From Planctomycetota bacterium (GTDB lineage Bacteria > Planctomycetota > B15-G4), in contig CBDFJQ010000002.1 of the NCBI GenBank assembly GCA_965248575.1, forward strand, positions 4,800,001 to 4,864,000: a DNA stretch of 64,000 bases, given 5' to 3'. The notes under the pieces are model-generated. The model did no database searches. It was not told where the DNA came from and worked only from the letters and a program-made list of their open reading frames with translations. The translations under genes were made by a program, and so were the position numbers. Within the stretch, counting starts at the first letter, position 1. Every line of letters begins with the position of its first letter. Positions 8,783 through 17,969 of the stretch are shown here, piece by piece.

Positions 8783-9420
8783 AGTCGTCCAGGTACGCGC
8801 GCGGGCACAGGGCTCACGACCGTCGACACCTTCATGACGTGCAGGCTCGCCTGCATGATCGGTCCCATGCCGAGCGCGAAGAGCACCGTGCCCAGGCCCA
8901 GCGTTCCGCCGATCAGCCAGCCTGTAGCCAGGACGAGCAACTCGATCGTGACGCGCGTGGAGCGCACGCTCCGTTGAGATCGCTGTGCCAAGCCCAGCAC
9001 GAACCCATCCCGCGGGCCGGCGCCGAGGCGTGCTCCGATGTAGAGACCCGTGGCCACACCCATGAGCAGCATGCCCGCGACGAACTGCGTGACGGCCGGG
9101 ACGCCACTGTCCCAACGGGGGAACCACGCCTGCACACGAACAAGGTCGAGCCAGGGTCCGATGACAGCCATGTTGAAGAGCGTCCCCAAGCCGGGCCTGA
9201 CCCGCAGGGCCAGCGCGCCCATGAGAATGAACGCCAGACCCGTCAGCTGGGTGATGACCCCGAAGGAGTAGCCCGTCCGGTTCGCGAGACCCTCGTGGAG
9301 AGCAGACCATGGGTCGAGCCCGAGCGACGCCTCGAGCATCAGCGAGATGGAAAACGCGTAGATGAACAGCCCGATGTGCAGGCGCACGAAGCGCTTGGCG
9401 AACTCCCCGAGCGGCCTCAA
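8779..9420 (-). CDS. YczE/YitT family membrane protein
   Basis: LGLDPW..LHEG, PGLGT, LGAGPRDG and GGTLGLGT motifs. Confidence 0.85.
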   Translation of the reverse strand: MRPLGEFAKRFVRLHIGLFIYAFSISLMLEASLGLDPWSALHEGLANRTGYSFGVITQLTGLAFILMGALALRVRPGLGTLFNMAVIGPWLDLVRVQAWFPRWDSGVPAVTQFVAGMLLMGVATGLYIGARLGAGPRDGFVLGLAQRSQRSVRSTRVTIELLVLATGWLIGGTLGLGTVLFALGMGPIMQASLHVMKVSTVVSPVPARVPGRL

Positions 9421-10886
9421 AGTTGCTGGCCCCGCTTGAGCACTTCGCGGACCAGCAGATCGAAGTCTTCAAGACGGCTGCGGTGGTTCGTGATGGCGAC
9501 CCGCATCAGGAAGTGCCCCTCGAGGACGGTGTGCGAGGGGGCCGCGATTCCTGACTCGTGCAGCTCCGCGAGCAGCTTGCGGTTGAGCTGATCGGGGTCG
9601 GAGCGCCGGGCGCCGGGTTTCCCCACGTAGCGGAAACACACGATGTTGAGAGGCACGGGGCCACAGCGTTCCAGCTCGGGGGCTGCGTCTACGAGCCCCG
9701 CGAGGTAGGAGGCCTGCCGGACGTTCTGGTGAATGAGCTCGCCGAGCCGCGTACTCCCGTGCTCCTTGATCGTCATCCAGGCCTTCAGGGCCCGGAAGCC
9801 GCGCGACATCTGCAACCCTCGCTGCATGTAGTTCTCGGGACCCGTCGCCAGGCCACTATCGAAGTGGGAGAGGTAGGCGCCCTCCATGGCGAAAGTCTCG
9901 GTCTGGACGTCGCCGTCGCGCACGAGCAGGGCCGCAGCGTCATATGGCACATGCAACCACTTGTGGAGGTCGAAGGCGAGTGAGTCAACGCGCTCCAGGC
10001 CGCTGACAAGTGGTCGAAGTGCGGGGGAAAGGCCGACGAGTGCGCCGAAGGCTCCGTCCACGTGCAGCCAGAGATCCTGCTCCTGGCAGACGTCCCCCAA
10101 GGCGTTGAGGTCATCGAACGCTCCCACGTTGACGGTGCCTGCGTTGCCGATCACGGCGATGGGCTGACAGCCCGCGGCGCGATCGGCGCTGATGAGATCT
10201 CGAAGCAGATCGACGCGGATCTGGTGCTGCTCATCTACGGGCACCGCGCGCAGTGCATCGCGGCCGAGGCCCAGCACCTCCATGGCCCGGAAATTGCTCG
10301 AATGTGTTTCGCAGGACCCATAGACCGTGAGCGGCTGCTTGGTCGCTGCCAGGCCCTGTGCACGTATGTCCCAGCCGGCCTTCGTGTTGCGCGCAAGGGT
10401 GAGCCCCGCCAGGTTGGCTGCCGTGCAGCCGCTCGTGAGCACGCCACCGCTGCCTCCGAAGCCCAGGCCCTCGCGTAACCAGTTGAGAACCTGGCGCTCG
10501 ACGTGCATCACGCAGTGGTCGCCGAAGCCGGAGTTGGAATTGATACCCGCCGCGAGCATGTCGGCGAACATGCCGAGTGGCGTTCCAGTGCCCACGACCC
10601 AGCCCCAGAAACGGGGATGGATGTTTCCGTGGGGGTAGGGCAGCACTGTCTGCTTGAACTGCTCGTAGACGAGAGAAGCGTCCGTAGGCTCTCGGGGCAT
10701 GGGGGCCTCGAAGGCAGCGCGCACGTCCTGGGGCATGGCGTTGTAGACCGGTCGCTCCCGCACGCCCTGCAGGAACTCGAGCATGTCGTCGACCATGCGA
10801 TGCCCGAGCGTCCGCAGGGGCTCCCAGTCCTCGGGGTCCAGGGTGAGTTCGCTCGGCTGGGGTTTGGTCTCGCTGTGGATGCTCAT
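9417..10886 (-). CDS. PLP-dependent group II decarboxylase (aromatic-L-amino-acid decarboxylase-like)
   Basis: HPRFWG, THSS, NAGTVNVGAFD, WLHVDGAFG and DLHKW (PLP lysine). Confidence 0.9.
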   Translation of the reverse strand: MSIHSETKPQPSELTLDPEDWEPLRTLGHRMVDDMLEFLQGVRERPVYNAMPQDVRAAFEAPMPREPTDASLVYEQFKQTVLPYPHGNIHPRFWGWVVGTGTPLGMFADMLAAGINSNSGFGDHCVMHVERQVLNWLREGLGFGGSGGVLTSGCTAANLAGLTLARNTKAGWDIRAQGLAATKQPLTVYGSCETHSSNFRAMEVLGLGRDALRAVPVDEQHQIRVDLLRDLISADRAAGCQPIAVIGNAGTVNVGAFDDLNALGDVCQEQDLWLHVDGAFGALVGLSPALRPLVSGLERVDSLAFDLHKWLHVPYDAAALLVRDGDVQTETFAMEGAYLSHFDSGLATGPENYMQRGLQMSRGFRALKAWMTIKEHGSTRLGELIHQNVRQASYLAGLVDAAPELERCGPVPLNIVCFRYVGKPGARRSDPDQLNRKLLAELHESGIAAPSHTVLEGHFLMRVAITNHRSRLEDFDLLVREVLKRGQQL

Positions 10887-10916
10887 GAGAGTGAGGCTAT
10901 TGCAGCACTGCGCCTG

Positions 10917-10949
10917 TGACAATATGCTTATTGTCGCTATGACAATATG
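10917..10949. promoter_or_regulatory. Putative MocR-type operator (two direct repeats plus one inverted repeat)
   Basis: TGACAATATG at 10917-10926 and 10940-10949, with inverted TATTGTCG at 10929-10936, lying between divergent genes. Confidence 0.7.
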
Positions 10950-12336
10950 GGTCCCAAGCCTCCAAGATGACCGTCCTCGCTACCTCGCCATCGTGGAGGC
11001 CGTCGAGCGGGATCTGGAGCGGGGCGCCCTGGCGCCCGGGGATCAGCTGCCACCGCAGCGGGACCTCGCGCTCGCTCTCGAGGTCTCGCTGGGGACAGTG
11101 ACCCGCGCCTACGCCCTCGCCGAAGAGCGCGGCCTGGTTCGAGGTGAAGTGGGGCGCGGCACCTTCGTCGGACGGACCCTGGCGGCTCAACTCCCCGTGT
11201 CCGATACGGGGCAGACCCATCTGGGCGGCATCAACCTGGGCATGACCTGGCCCATCGATGCCGAGAACCCAGACCTCGCGGGCACACTGCGCAAACTCTC
11301 GAGGCGCAGCGATCTGGCCGAGTTGTTGACCTATCAACCCAACGCTGGCATGCCTCGGCACCGGCGCGCTGGCGCGCGCTGGATCGCGAGCCTCGGTCAC
11401 GATGTCGACCCGGACTCCGTGCTCGTCTGCGCCGGGGCCCAGCACGCGTTGACCGTTGTGTTGTCGACACTCGCCAGCGCTGGGGACACCATCCTGAGTG
11501 AGGAACTCGTCTATCCCGGCGTGCGCGCTGTGGCCGACATGCTGGGGCTGAAGTTGATCGGCCTGCCCATGGACGCCGAGGGCCTGCTCCCCGATGCCTT
11601 CGATGCGGCCTGCCGCAAGCGACGCCCGAAGCTGCTGGTGTGCGTGCCCTCCATCCAGAACCCGACGGTCCGGACGCAATCCGCAGCGCGACGGGAGGAT
11701 CTGGCGCGCATCGCCCAGGCACACGGGGTGCCCATCGTCGAAGATGCGATTCATCACCGTTTGTTGGACCCAGACACGGCACCCCCGCTGCTGGCCAGTT
11801 TTGCGCCGGAGCTCACGTACCTCATTGCGAGCCCGTCGAAAGTCGTCGCCGGTGGGCTGCGGGTCGCCTTTCTTTCGGTGCCGCAGGGCGCTCTAGACGA
11901 TCTCGCCCATCGGCTGTGGGCGACGACCTGGATGGTCGCGCCGCTGGCAGCGGAGGTGATGTCCATCTGGATCGATGATGGCTCCGCCGACGCTGCTGTC
12001 GAGCGCAAGCGGGAGGAGGCCCGGGCGCGGGTGCGGTTGCTCGAGCAGGCGCTCGTCGACAGCGAGGGAACACTGCACACGAGCCCGTCGGCCTATCATG
12101 GCTGGCTGGAACTGCCAGAGTGGTGGCCGGAGGCTCCAGTCTTCGTCGCCGAAGCTCTGCGGCGAGGTGTCTCTGTCACCGCAGCCGATGCTTTCTACGT
12201 CGGCAACGGAAGACCGCCAGCAGCGGTCCGCGTATCGGTGAGTGCGCCCACGGATCGGGCGACACTGAGGACAGGACTCAGACGGCTGGTCAGGACGATT
12301 AGCAGCCAGCCGGGGCGTGAGCGCCCCCTGGTCTAG
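10939..12336 (+). CDS. MocR/GabR family transcriptional regulator (GntR wHTH plus PLP aminotransferase-like domain)
   Basis: LPPQRDLA..L.VSLGTVTRAY and VGRGTFV in the HTH; GAQHAL, QNPT, IVED and SPSKVVAGGLRV in the PLP domain. Start at MTIWVP. Confidence 0.92.
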   Translation: MTIWVPSLQDDRPRYLAIVEAVERDLERGALAPGDQLPPQRDLALALEVSLGTVTRAYALAEERGLVRGEVGRGTFVGRTLAAQLPVSDTGQTHLGGINLGMTWPIDAENPDLAGTLRKLSRRSDLAELLTYQPNAGMPRHRRAGARWIASLGHDVDPDSVLVCAGAQHALTVVLSTLASAGDTILSEELVYPGVRAVADMLGLKLIGLPMDAEGLLPDAFDAACRKRRPKLLVCVPSIQNPTVRTQSAARREDLARIAQAHGVPIVEDAIHHRLLDPDTAPPLLASFAPELTYLIASPSKVVAGGLRVAFLSVPQGALDDLAHRLWATTWMVAPLAAEVMSIWIDDGSADAAVERKREEARARVRLLEQALVDSEGTLHTSPSAYHGWLELPEWWPEAPVFVAEALRRGVSVTAADAFYVGNGRPPAAVRVSVSAPTDRATLRTGLRRLVRTISSQPGRERPLV

Positions 12337-12381
12337 AGCAGTTCTCAGCGGACAGGTGCTGGCGGCGCCGTCCCGCGACGA

Positions 12382-13311
12382 TCAGTGAGCGGTGCCGGGG
12401 AAAAGGCGCCGAAGGGCCAGCTTGGCGAACTGCTGACGAGCGGGTTGGGGGTCAACCTTCTGGCTGAGCAACGCGCGCTCCAGCTGGTTGCGATGGCGTG
12501 CGCCGTAGGACACCAGCTCCATGATCGCGAGTTCTTGCACGCTGGAGGAGGAACTGGGAGCAAACTCCAGAAGTTGCTGCATGGCATCTAGCTCACCCTG
12601 CGAGGGGGTCCTGGCGGGAAGCAAGTCAGCCAGGTTCGCGCAGCCCAGCACATCGAGCGCGCCGGGCGCGGTCAGTTCGTCCGCCAGCATATTGTCCAGC
12701 TCGTCGAGGGCTTCAGAGACAAGGCCCAGCTTGAGCATCCACTCGGCTTCCGCCAGCCGCTCCGTCGGATCGCTGCGGTCCCTGCTGCGCCGGCGCTTCC
12801 GAACCATCGTCAACACGTCGCTCTCGAGGTCCGTGCGCTGGACCTCGTCGGCTGCAACGGTCTGCCAACCTCGCTTGGTCCGCACCTTCCACGCTCCATG
12901 GCTGAGGTGCGAACGGCCTCGCAAGACCTTGCCGCTCTTCAGGGTGACGATGCGGGGGCGGATCTGTGAGGGAGACGCTTTGGGTTTTGCCGCGCCGGCT
13001 CGGGGTGCCGCTGCCTTGGGCGCTGGTGCTGGCATGGGTGCCGGCGTCATGGGGCCCGCTCCCTTGGCCGATGCTTCGGCTTCCTTGTCGGGAACCAGGG
13101 GAGGCTGAGGGCGTGCCGTGGTGCGTCCGCTGACACCGCGGCTGGAAGCACCGCGCGTCGGCTGGCCCCGTTCCGAGTTTCCGCGTAGTCCCCCGTAAGG
13201 ATTGGCGGTGGAGCGCGGCTGTGTTTGCTGCGCGCCTGCTTCGCCTCCGGCCGTCAAGGTGATCCCCAGGCAAAGGACTGCCAGCTGAAGGGGGCGGTGG
13301 AGGGTCGGCAT
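12382..13311 (-). CDS. Secreted hypothetical protein with a Pro/Ala-rich linker
   Basis: Signal peptide (..AGA-QQ), a low-complexity segment, then IVTLKSGKVLRG and a helical C-terminus. Confidence 0.55.
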   Translation of the reverse strand: MPTLHRPLQLAVLCLGITLTAGGEAGAQQTQPRSTANPYGGLRGNSERGQPTRGASSRGVSGRTTARPQPPLVPDKEAEASAKGAGPMTPAPMPAPAPKAAAPRAGAAKPKASPSQIRPRIVTLKSGKVLRGRSHLSHGAWKVRTKRGWQTVAADEVQRTDLESDVLTMVRKRRRSRDRSDPTERLAEAEWMLKLGLVSEALDELDNMLADELTAPGALDVLGCANLADLLPARTPSQGELDAMQQLLEFAPSSSSSVQELAIMELVSYGARHRNQLERALLSQKVDPQPARQQFAKLALRRLFPGTAH

Positions 13312-13578
13312 GAGGGTCACTCCCACGGGGCAGGCGGGGTGCAATAGCACGAGACCCAGCGTACAGGAGTCGGCGGAGTTCGTCCCCGAGCTGATCCATC
13401 GGATTCGGAGCGACGTGCGAGCCCGCTTCCAGCTCGGCGGTCGCACCCGGTGGGCACGGCTCTGTCCGTTGCTAGGGGACAATGGCTAGGATCCCCTGCC
13501 GTTCTGCCCTCTGCGTGAGTTCTCCGTGATCTCGACCGCCTCTGTCCCCGTTTTCGCGCTGCGCGCCTTCTTTTCAGC

Positions 13579-15360
13579 GTGAAGTTCTCGCGTGCATGGG
13601 AGGACGCTCGGGCGCTGGTGGTCGCGCACCGCAGCCGCCTGGCACTCGGCCTGGGGTTGTTGCTGTTGAACCGCGTCATGGGCCTGGTCTTGCCGGGCAC
13701 ATCCAAGCTGCTCATCGATGATGTGATCGGGCAGAACAAGGTCGACCTGTTGTGGCCCCTGGCCTTGGCCGGCGGGGTCGCAACCCTGATCCAGGCGGGG
13801 ACGAGCTACTCGCTCTCGCAGGTCTTGGGGGTCGCTGCTCAACGGGCCATCAACGACATGCGGGTCACGGTCCAGGAGCACGTCTCGCGCTTGCCCGTGT
13901 CCAGTTTCGACGCCACGCAGACGGGTGTGCTCATCGCGCGCATCATGAATGATGCCGAGGGTATCCGGAACCTGGTGGGCACCGGGCTGGTGCAGCTGGT
14001 CGGGGGGGCGGTGACAGCAGTCCTGGGGCTGGGCGTGCTGTTCTATCTCAACTGGAAGCTCACACTCATCATCGTCGTCGTGTTGCTGGTCTTCGGTTTG
14101 GCGATGGGGCGCATGTTCAAGAAGCTGCGCCCGATCTTTCGCGAACGCGGCAAGATCAATGCGGAGATCACGGGGCGTCTGAGCCAGAGCCTGAGCGGCA
14201 TCCGGGTGGTGAAGGCGTACACCGCTGAGACCCAGGAACAGGCAGTGTTCGCGGCGGGCGTCGACCGGCTCTTCAACAACGTGAAGGCCTCCATGATCGG
14301 CGTGTCGGGGACCACCGCGGTGGCCACGGCGATCGTCGGATTGATCGGCGTATTGCTGACGGTGCTCGGCGGGCAATCCATCCTTGCGGGCACCATGACG
14401 CTCGGCGACTTCGTCATGTACCTCGTCTTCATCGGACTGGTGGTGGGGCCGGTGGTACAGATCGCGTCGATCGGGACGCAGCTGACCGAAGCCTTGGCGG
14501 GCCTGGACCGCATCCACGAGATCCGGCAGACCCTGCGCGAGGACGACGGAGATTCGCAGCGCGCAGCCTGCCCCACCGTGACGGGGGACCTGAGTTTCGA
14601 AGGCGTGGACTTCGAGTACGAAGAGGGCAAGCCCGTCTTGCGCGGCATCTCCTTCGAGGCGGGCGCCGGAACGACCACGGCCTTGGTGGGTAGCAGCGGC
14701 TCCGGCAAGTCCACGCTGGTGAGCCTGGTGATGGCCTTCAACCGCCCACAACAAGGGCGTGTGTGCGTGGATGGCCGAGATTTGTCTTCGCTGCGCCTGT
14801 CTGACTACCGCAGCCACTTGGGCGTCGTCATGCAGGAAAACTTCCTCTTCGACGGAACCGTCGCTGAGAACATCTCGTTCTCACGACCAGCGGCGACGCG
14901 GGCCGAGGTCGAAGCCGCTGGACGACTCGCCCATGTGGGCGTCTTCGTAGACGAGTTCGAGCTCGGCTATGACACCGTCGTCGGTGAGCGCGGCGTCAAG
15001 CTCTCCGGCGGCCAACGTCAACGGGTGGCCATCGCCCGGGCACTCCTGGCTGATCCACAAATCCTGATTCTCGATGAGGCAACCTCCTCGCTCGATAGCG
15101 AGAGCGAAGCGGCCATCCAGGATGCCTTGGCCTCATTGCGTCGCAGCCGGACGACTTTCGTCATCGCTCATCGCCTGTCGACGATCCGTTCGGCTGACCA
15201 GATCCTCGTGATCGAGGACGGGCGACTCGTGGAGCGGGGGAAGCACGAGGACCTGCTGGTGGCCGACGGTCGCTACCGGGAGCTCTACGACCGGCAGTAC
15301 CACTTCGAACGGGAGCGCTTCATCAACCCGGGTGAGGAGCTTCCGGAGCACGCGACCTGA
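13579..15360 (+). CDS. ABC exporter, fused permease and ATPase (MsbA/MdlB-like)
   Basis: Six-TM domain, GSSGSGKST, LSGGQRQR, ILDEATSSLD and IAHRLST. Confidence 0.93.
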   Translation: MKFSRAWEDARALVVAHRSRLALGLGLLLLNRVMGLVLPGTSKLLIDDVIGQNKVDLLWPLALAGGVATLIQAGTSYSLSQVLGVAAQRAINDMRVTVQEHVSRLPVSSFDATQTGVLIARIMNDAEGIRNLVGTGLVQLVGGAVTAVLGLGVLFYLNWKLTLIIVVVLLVFGLAMGRMFKKLRPIFRERGKINAEITGRLSQSLSGIRVVKAYTAETQEQAVFAAGVDRLFNNVKASMIGVSGTTAVATAIVGLIGVLLTVLGGQSILAGTMTLGDFVMYLVFIGLVVGPVVQIASIGTQLTEALAGLDRIHEIRQTLREDDGDSQRAACPTVTGDLSFEGVDFEYEEGKPVLRGISFEAGAGTTTALVGSSGSGKSTLVSLVMAFNRPQQGRVCVDGRDLSSLRLSDYRSHLGVVMQENFLFDGTVAENISFSRPAATRAEVEAAGRLAHVGVFVDEFELGYDTVVGERGVKLSGGQRQRVAIARALLADPQILILDEATSSLDSESEAAIQDALASLRRSRTTFVIAHRLSTIRSADQILVIEDGRLVERGKHEDLLVADGRYRELYDRQYHFERERFINPGEELPEHAT

Positions 15361-15421
15361 GCCGTCGGGGGTGCATGTCACAGTCGACGGTGAACTGAGG
15401 AGCCGGATAGACTAGCCATCG

Positions 15422-16537
15422 ATGGACAACAAGCAGAGTGACGAAGACGCTCCAGGCGAAGACGAGCCGTCCGTGAGTCGACGGCGCGCGCGCTATCGAG
15501 GCACACATCCGCGCCGCTTTGATGAGAAGTACAAGGAGCATGCGCCGGAGCGCTATCCGGGGCTGGTGGAGCACGTGCGTGGGCGCGGCCGCACTCCAGC
15601 GGGACAGCACGTGCCGATCATGGTGGACGAGGTGTTGGCAGCCCTTGCGCCCAAGCCAGGCGAGCGAGGTGTGGATGGAACCCTCGGATTCGGGGGGCAC
15701 GCGATGCGTGTGTTGGAGGCGCTCGCCCCCGACGGCCAGTTGCTAGGCCTCGATGTGGACCCCGTGGAGTTGCCCAAGACCGAGGCACGGCTTCGGGCGC
15801 TGGGTTACGACGAGAGCGCGCTCAGGGTGCGAAGGAGCAACTTCGCAGGGCTCGGCAAGGCGCTGGGCGAACTGGGTTGGAGCGAGGGCGTCGACTTCTT
15901 CTTCGTGGACCTTGGCGTGTCGTCGATGCAGATCGACGACCCGGGCAGGGGTTTCACCTTCAAGGCGGACGGGCCGTTGGACATGCGCATGAACCCTTCC
16001 CGCGGCAGCTCCGCTGCGCAGTGGCTGGGTGGGGTGTCCGTCGAGAAACTGAGCAAGGTCCTGACGGACTTCGCGGACGAGCCTCACGCACAGCTCCTGG
16101 CGGATGTTCTCGTGGACCGCGCGCGTTCTGCAGCGGGTGCTCCTCGTACGACGCTTGAGTTGGCCGAGACGATCCGATCGGCGCTCGCCCCTGCAGGGCG
16201 CGGGCACGGTCCGTCGGCAGACACGAGCGCTCACGAAGACCCCGAACGCAGCGTGAGGCGCGTCTTCCAGGCGTTGCGCATCCAGGTGAATGACGAGCTG
16301 GGGGCCCTGACGGCTCTGCTCGCTCAGTTGCCGCGTTTCCTCCGCCCTGGAGGGCGGGTGGCGGTGCTCAGCTTCCATTCAGGGGAGGATCGGCGAGTGA
16401 AGGCCGCCTTCCGAGGTGGAGCGGCCGAGGGCGTGTGGGCCTCTGTTTCCGAGGGAGTCATCCGTGCCTCGCAGGCCGAGCAACGGGAGAATCCGCGCTC
16501 CTCGTCCGCCAAGTTGCGTTGGGCGTGTCGGGCCTGA
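15422..16537 (+). CDS. rsmH: 16S rRNA m4C1402 methyltransferase RsmH/MraW family
   Basis: HVPIM, DGTLGFGGH, DLGVSSMQID, GPLDMRM, FQALRI.VNDEL, SFHSGEDR.VK and NPRSSSAKLR. Confidence 0.9.
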   Translation: MDNKQSDEDAPGEDEPSVSRRRARYRGTHPRRFDEKYKEHAPERYPGLVEHVRGRGRTPAGQHVPIMVDEVLAALAPKPGERGVDGTLGFGGHAMRVLEALAPDGQLLGLDVDPVELPKTEARLRALGYDESALRVRRSNFAGLGKALGELGWSEGVDFFFVDLGVSSMQIDDPGRGFTFKADGPLDMRMNPSRGSSAAQWLGGVSVEKLSKVLTDFADEPHAQLLADVLVDRARSAAGAPRTTLELAETIRSALAPAGRGHGPSADTSAHEDPERSVRRVFQALRIQVNDELGALTALLAQLPRFLRPGGRVAVLSFHSGEDRRVKAAFRGGAAEGVWASVSEGVIRASQAEQRENPRSSSAKLRWACRA

Positions 16538-16649
16538 GGGCTTCGCTGCGATTGCTTGTCGACTGACGGAACACGGTTGGTAGGGCTTGGCATAGGATGC
16601 TCTGCTTCCTTCGCGTCTCATCGGAGTGCCCAACTTGAAGTTCCGTCCC

Positions 16650-17927
16650 ATGATCTGGATATCGAGATGGCGCCCGGCGCCGCACGCTGGTGTGCTTGCG
16701 TGGCTCATCCTTTGCGTGCTGGGCGGGGCGGCAGCGGCACAGGATCCGTGGGTGGATCTCGGCAACGCACTCCCGGGTTCGGCGGGAACGCCGGTGCTCT
16801 CGGGCGAAGGCTCCCTGATCGGTGGCACGACCTACACGCTGACATTGACCGGAGCTGCGCCCAACAGCCTGGCGTACCTGGTGATCGGCATGAGCACGGC
16901 CAATGTGCCCTTCGCGGGTGGCGTCATCGTGCCGTCCCTGGACGTCCTGCTCGGGCCCGTCAGCAGCGGGCCAGGCGGGATGTTGCAAGCCAGCCTTCCC
17001 TGGGCTCTTGGCGTCGCGCCGGGCCAGGTGAAGTACTGGCAGATCTGGATCCAGGATGGCGGGGCGCCCCAGGGCTGGTCGGCGACCAACGCCCTGCAGT
17101 CCACGACGCCCACCCAAGTCGGTGGCACCTTTCCCGACGACTGGATCCACGGGGGTGACTGCGGCGGCGATCCCGAGATCCAGGTGCACCGCTACAACGA
17201 CGACACCTACATCTTGCGCCAGTCCATGTGCACCGACTTCGAAGGGCCGTTCATGTATCTGCTCTTCGGTGAGGACAAGGTCTTGCTCGAGGACACCGGT
17301 GCAGGTGGTATCCCCATCGCCAACACGGTGTACGGGATCATCGACGACTGGCTGCTGGAGACGGGCATGAGTTCGATCGAGCTGATCGTGGCGCACAGCC
17401 ACAGCCACGGCGACCACGTGCAAGGGGACAGCCAGTTTGCCGGCCAGCCCAACACCACCGTCGTGGGCACCTCGCAATCCGACGTGGCCAACTTCTTCGA
17501 CATCGCGCCCTGGCCCACTGAGTTGGAGACCTATGACTTGGGCGGTCGTGTCCTGGACGTCGTGGCCATCCCCGGACATCAGACTGCCCACATCGCGCTC
17601 TACGACAGCATGACCGGCTTGTTGCTGACGGGGGATTCGCTCTACCCGGGCTTCATCTTCTTGTCCGGTGCGACCTGGAACACCTACCGGGCGAGCATCT
17701 CGCGGCTGCGCGACTTCGTGGAGCCGCTGCCCGTATCCTGGGTGCTCGGAACGCATGTCGAGATGAAGTCCGTGCCGTTCGAGGCCTATCCCTATGGGAC
17801 GAACAGCCAGCCCAACGAGCGGGACCCCCAGCTTGAGAAGAAGCATCTGCAGGAGCTGGATGACGCCCTGGACCTCTTGCCGACGGCGACGACCGAGATT
17901 CACGCTGACTTCATCATCAACGGCTAG
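16650..17927 (+). CDS. Secreted metallo-beta-lactamase-fold hydrolase with an N-terminal ~120-aa beta-rich domain
   Basis: Signal peptide (AAA-QD), LLEDTG, HSHGDH (HxHxDH), IPGH, LTGDSLYPG and LGTH. Confidence 0.85.
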   Translation: MIWISRWRPAPHAGVLAWLILCVLGGAAAAQDPWVDLGNALPGSAGTPVLSGEGSLIGGTTYTLTLTGAAPNSLAYLVIGMSTANVPFAGGVIVPSLDVLLGPVSSGPGGMLQASLPWALGVAPGQVKYWQIWIQDGGAPQGWSATNALQSTTPTQVGGTFPDDWIHGGDCGGDPEIQVHRYNDDTYILRQSMCTDFEGPFMYLLFGEDKVLLEDTGAGGIPIANTVYGIIDDWLLETGMSSIELIVAHSHSHGDHVQGDSQFAGQPNTTVVGTSQSDVANFFDIAPWPTELETYDLGGRVLDVVAIPGHQTAHIALYDSMTGLLLTGDSLYPGFIFLSGATWNTYRASISRLRDFVEPLPVSWVLGTHVEMKSVPFEAYPYGTNSQPNERDPQLEKKHLQELDDALDLLPTATTEIHADFIING

Positions 17928-17969
17928 CAGCGTGAAGGCCCACGGACTCGTGCCCCTAGCCATGCGTGC

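Noticed and set aside
16650..17927. Calling the MBL-fold protein an antibiotic-resistance beta-lactamase
   Set aside because: HxHxDH is shared across the whole superfamily, and nothing specific to subclass B1-B3 enzymes or a mobile context was seen.
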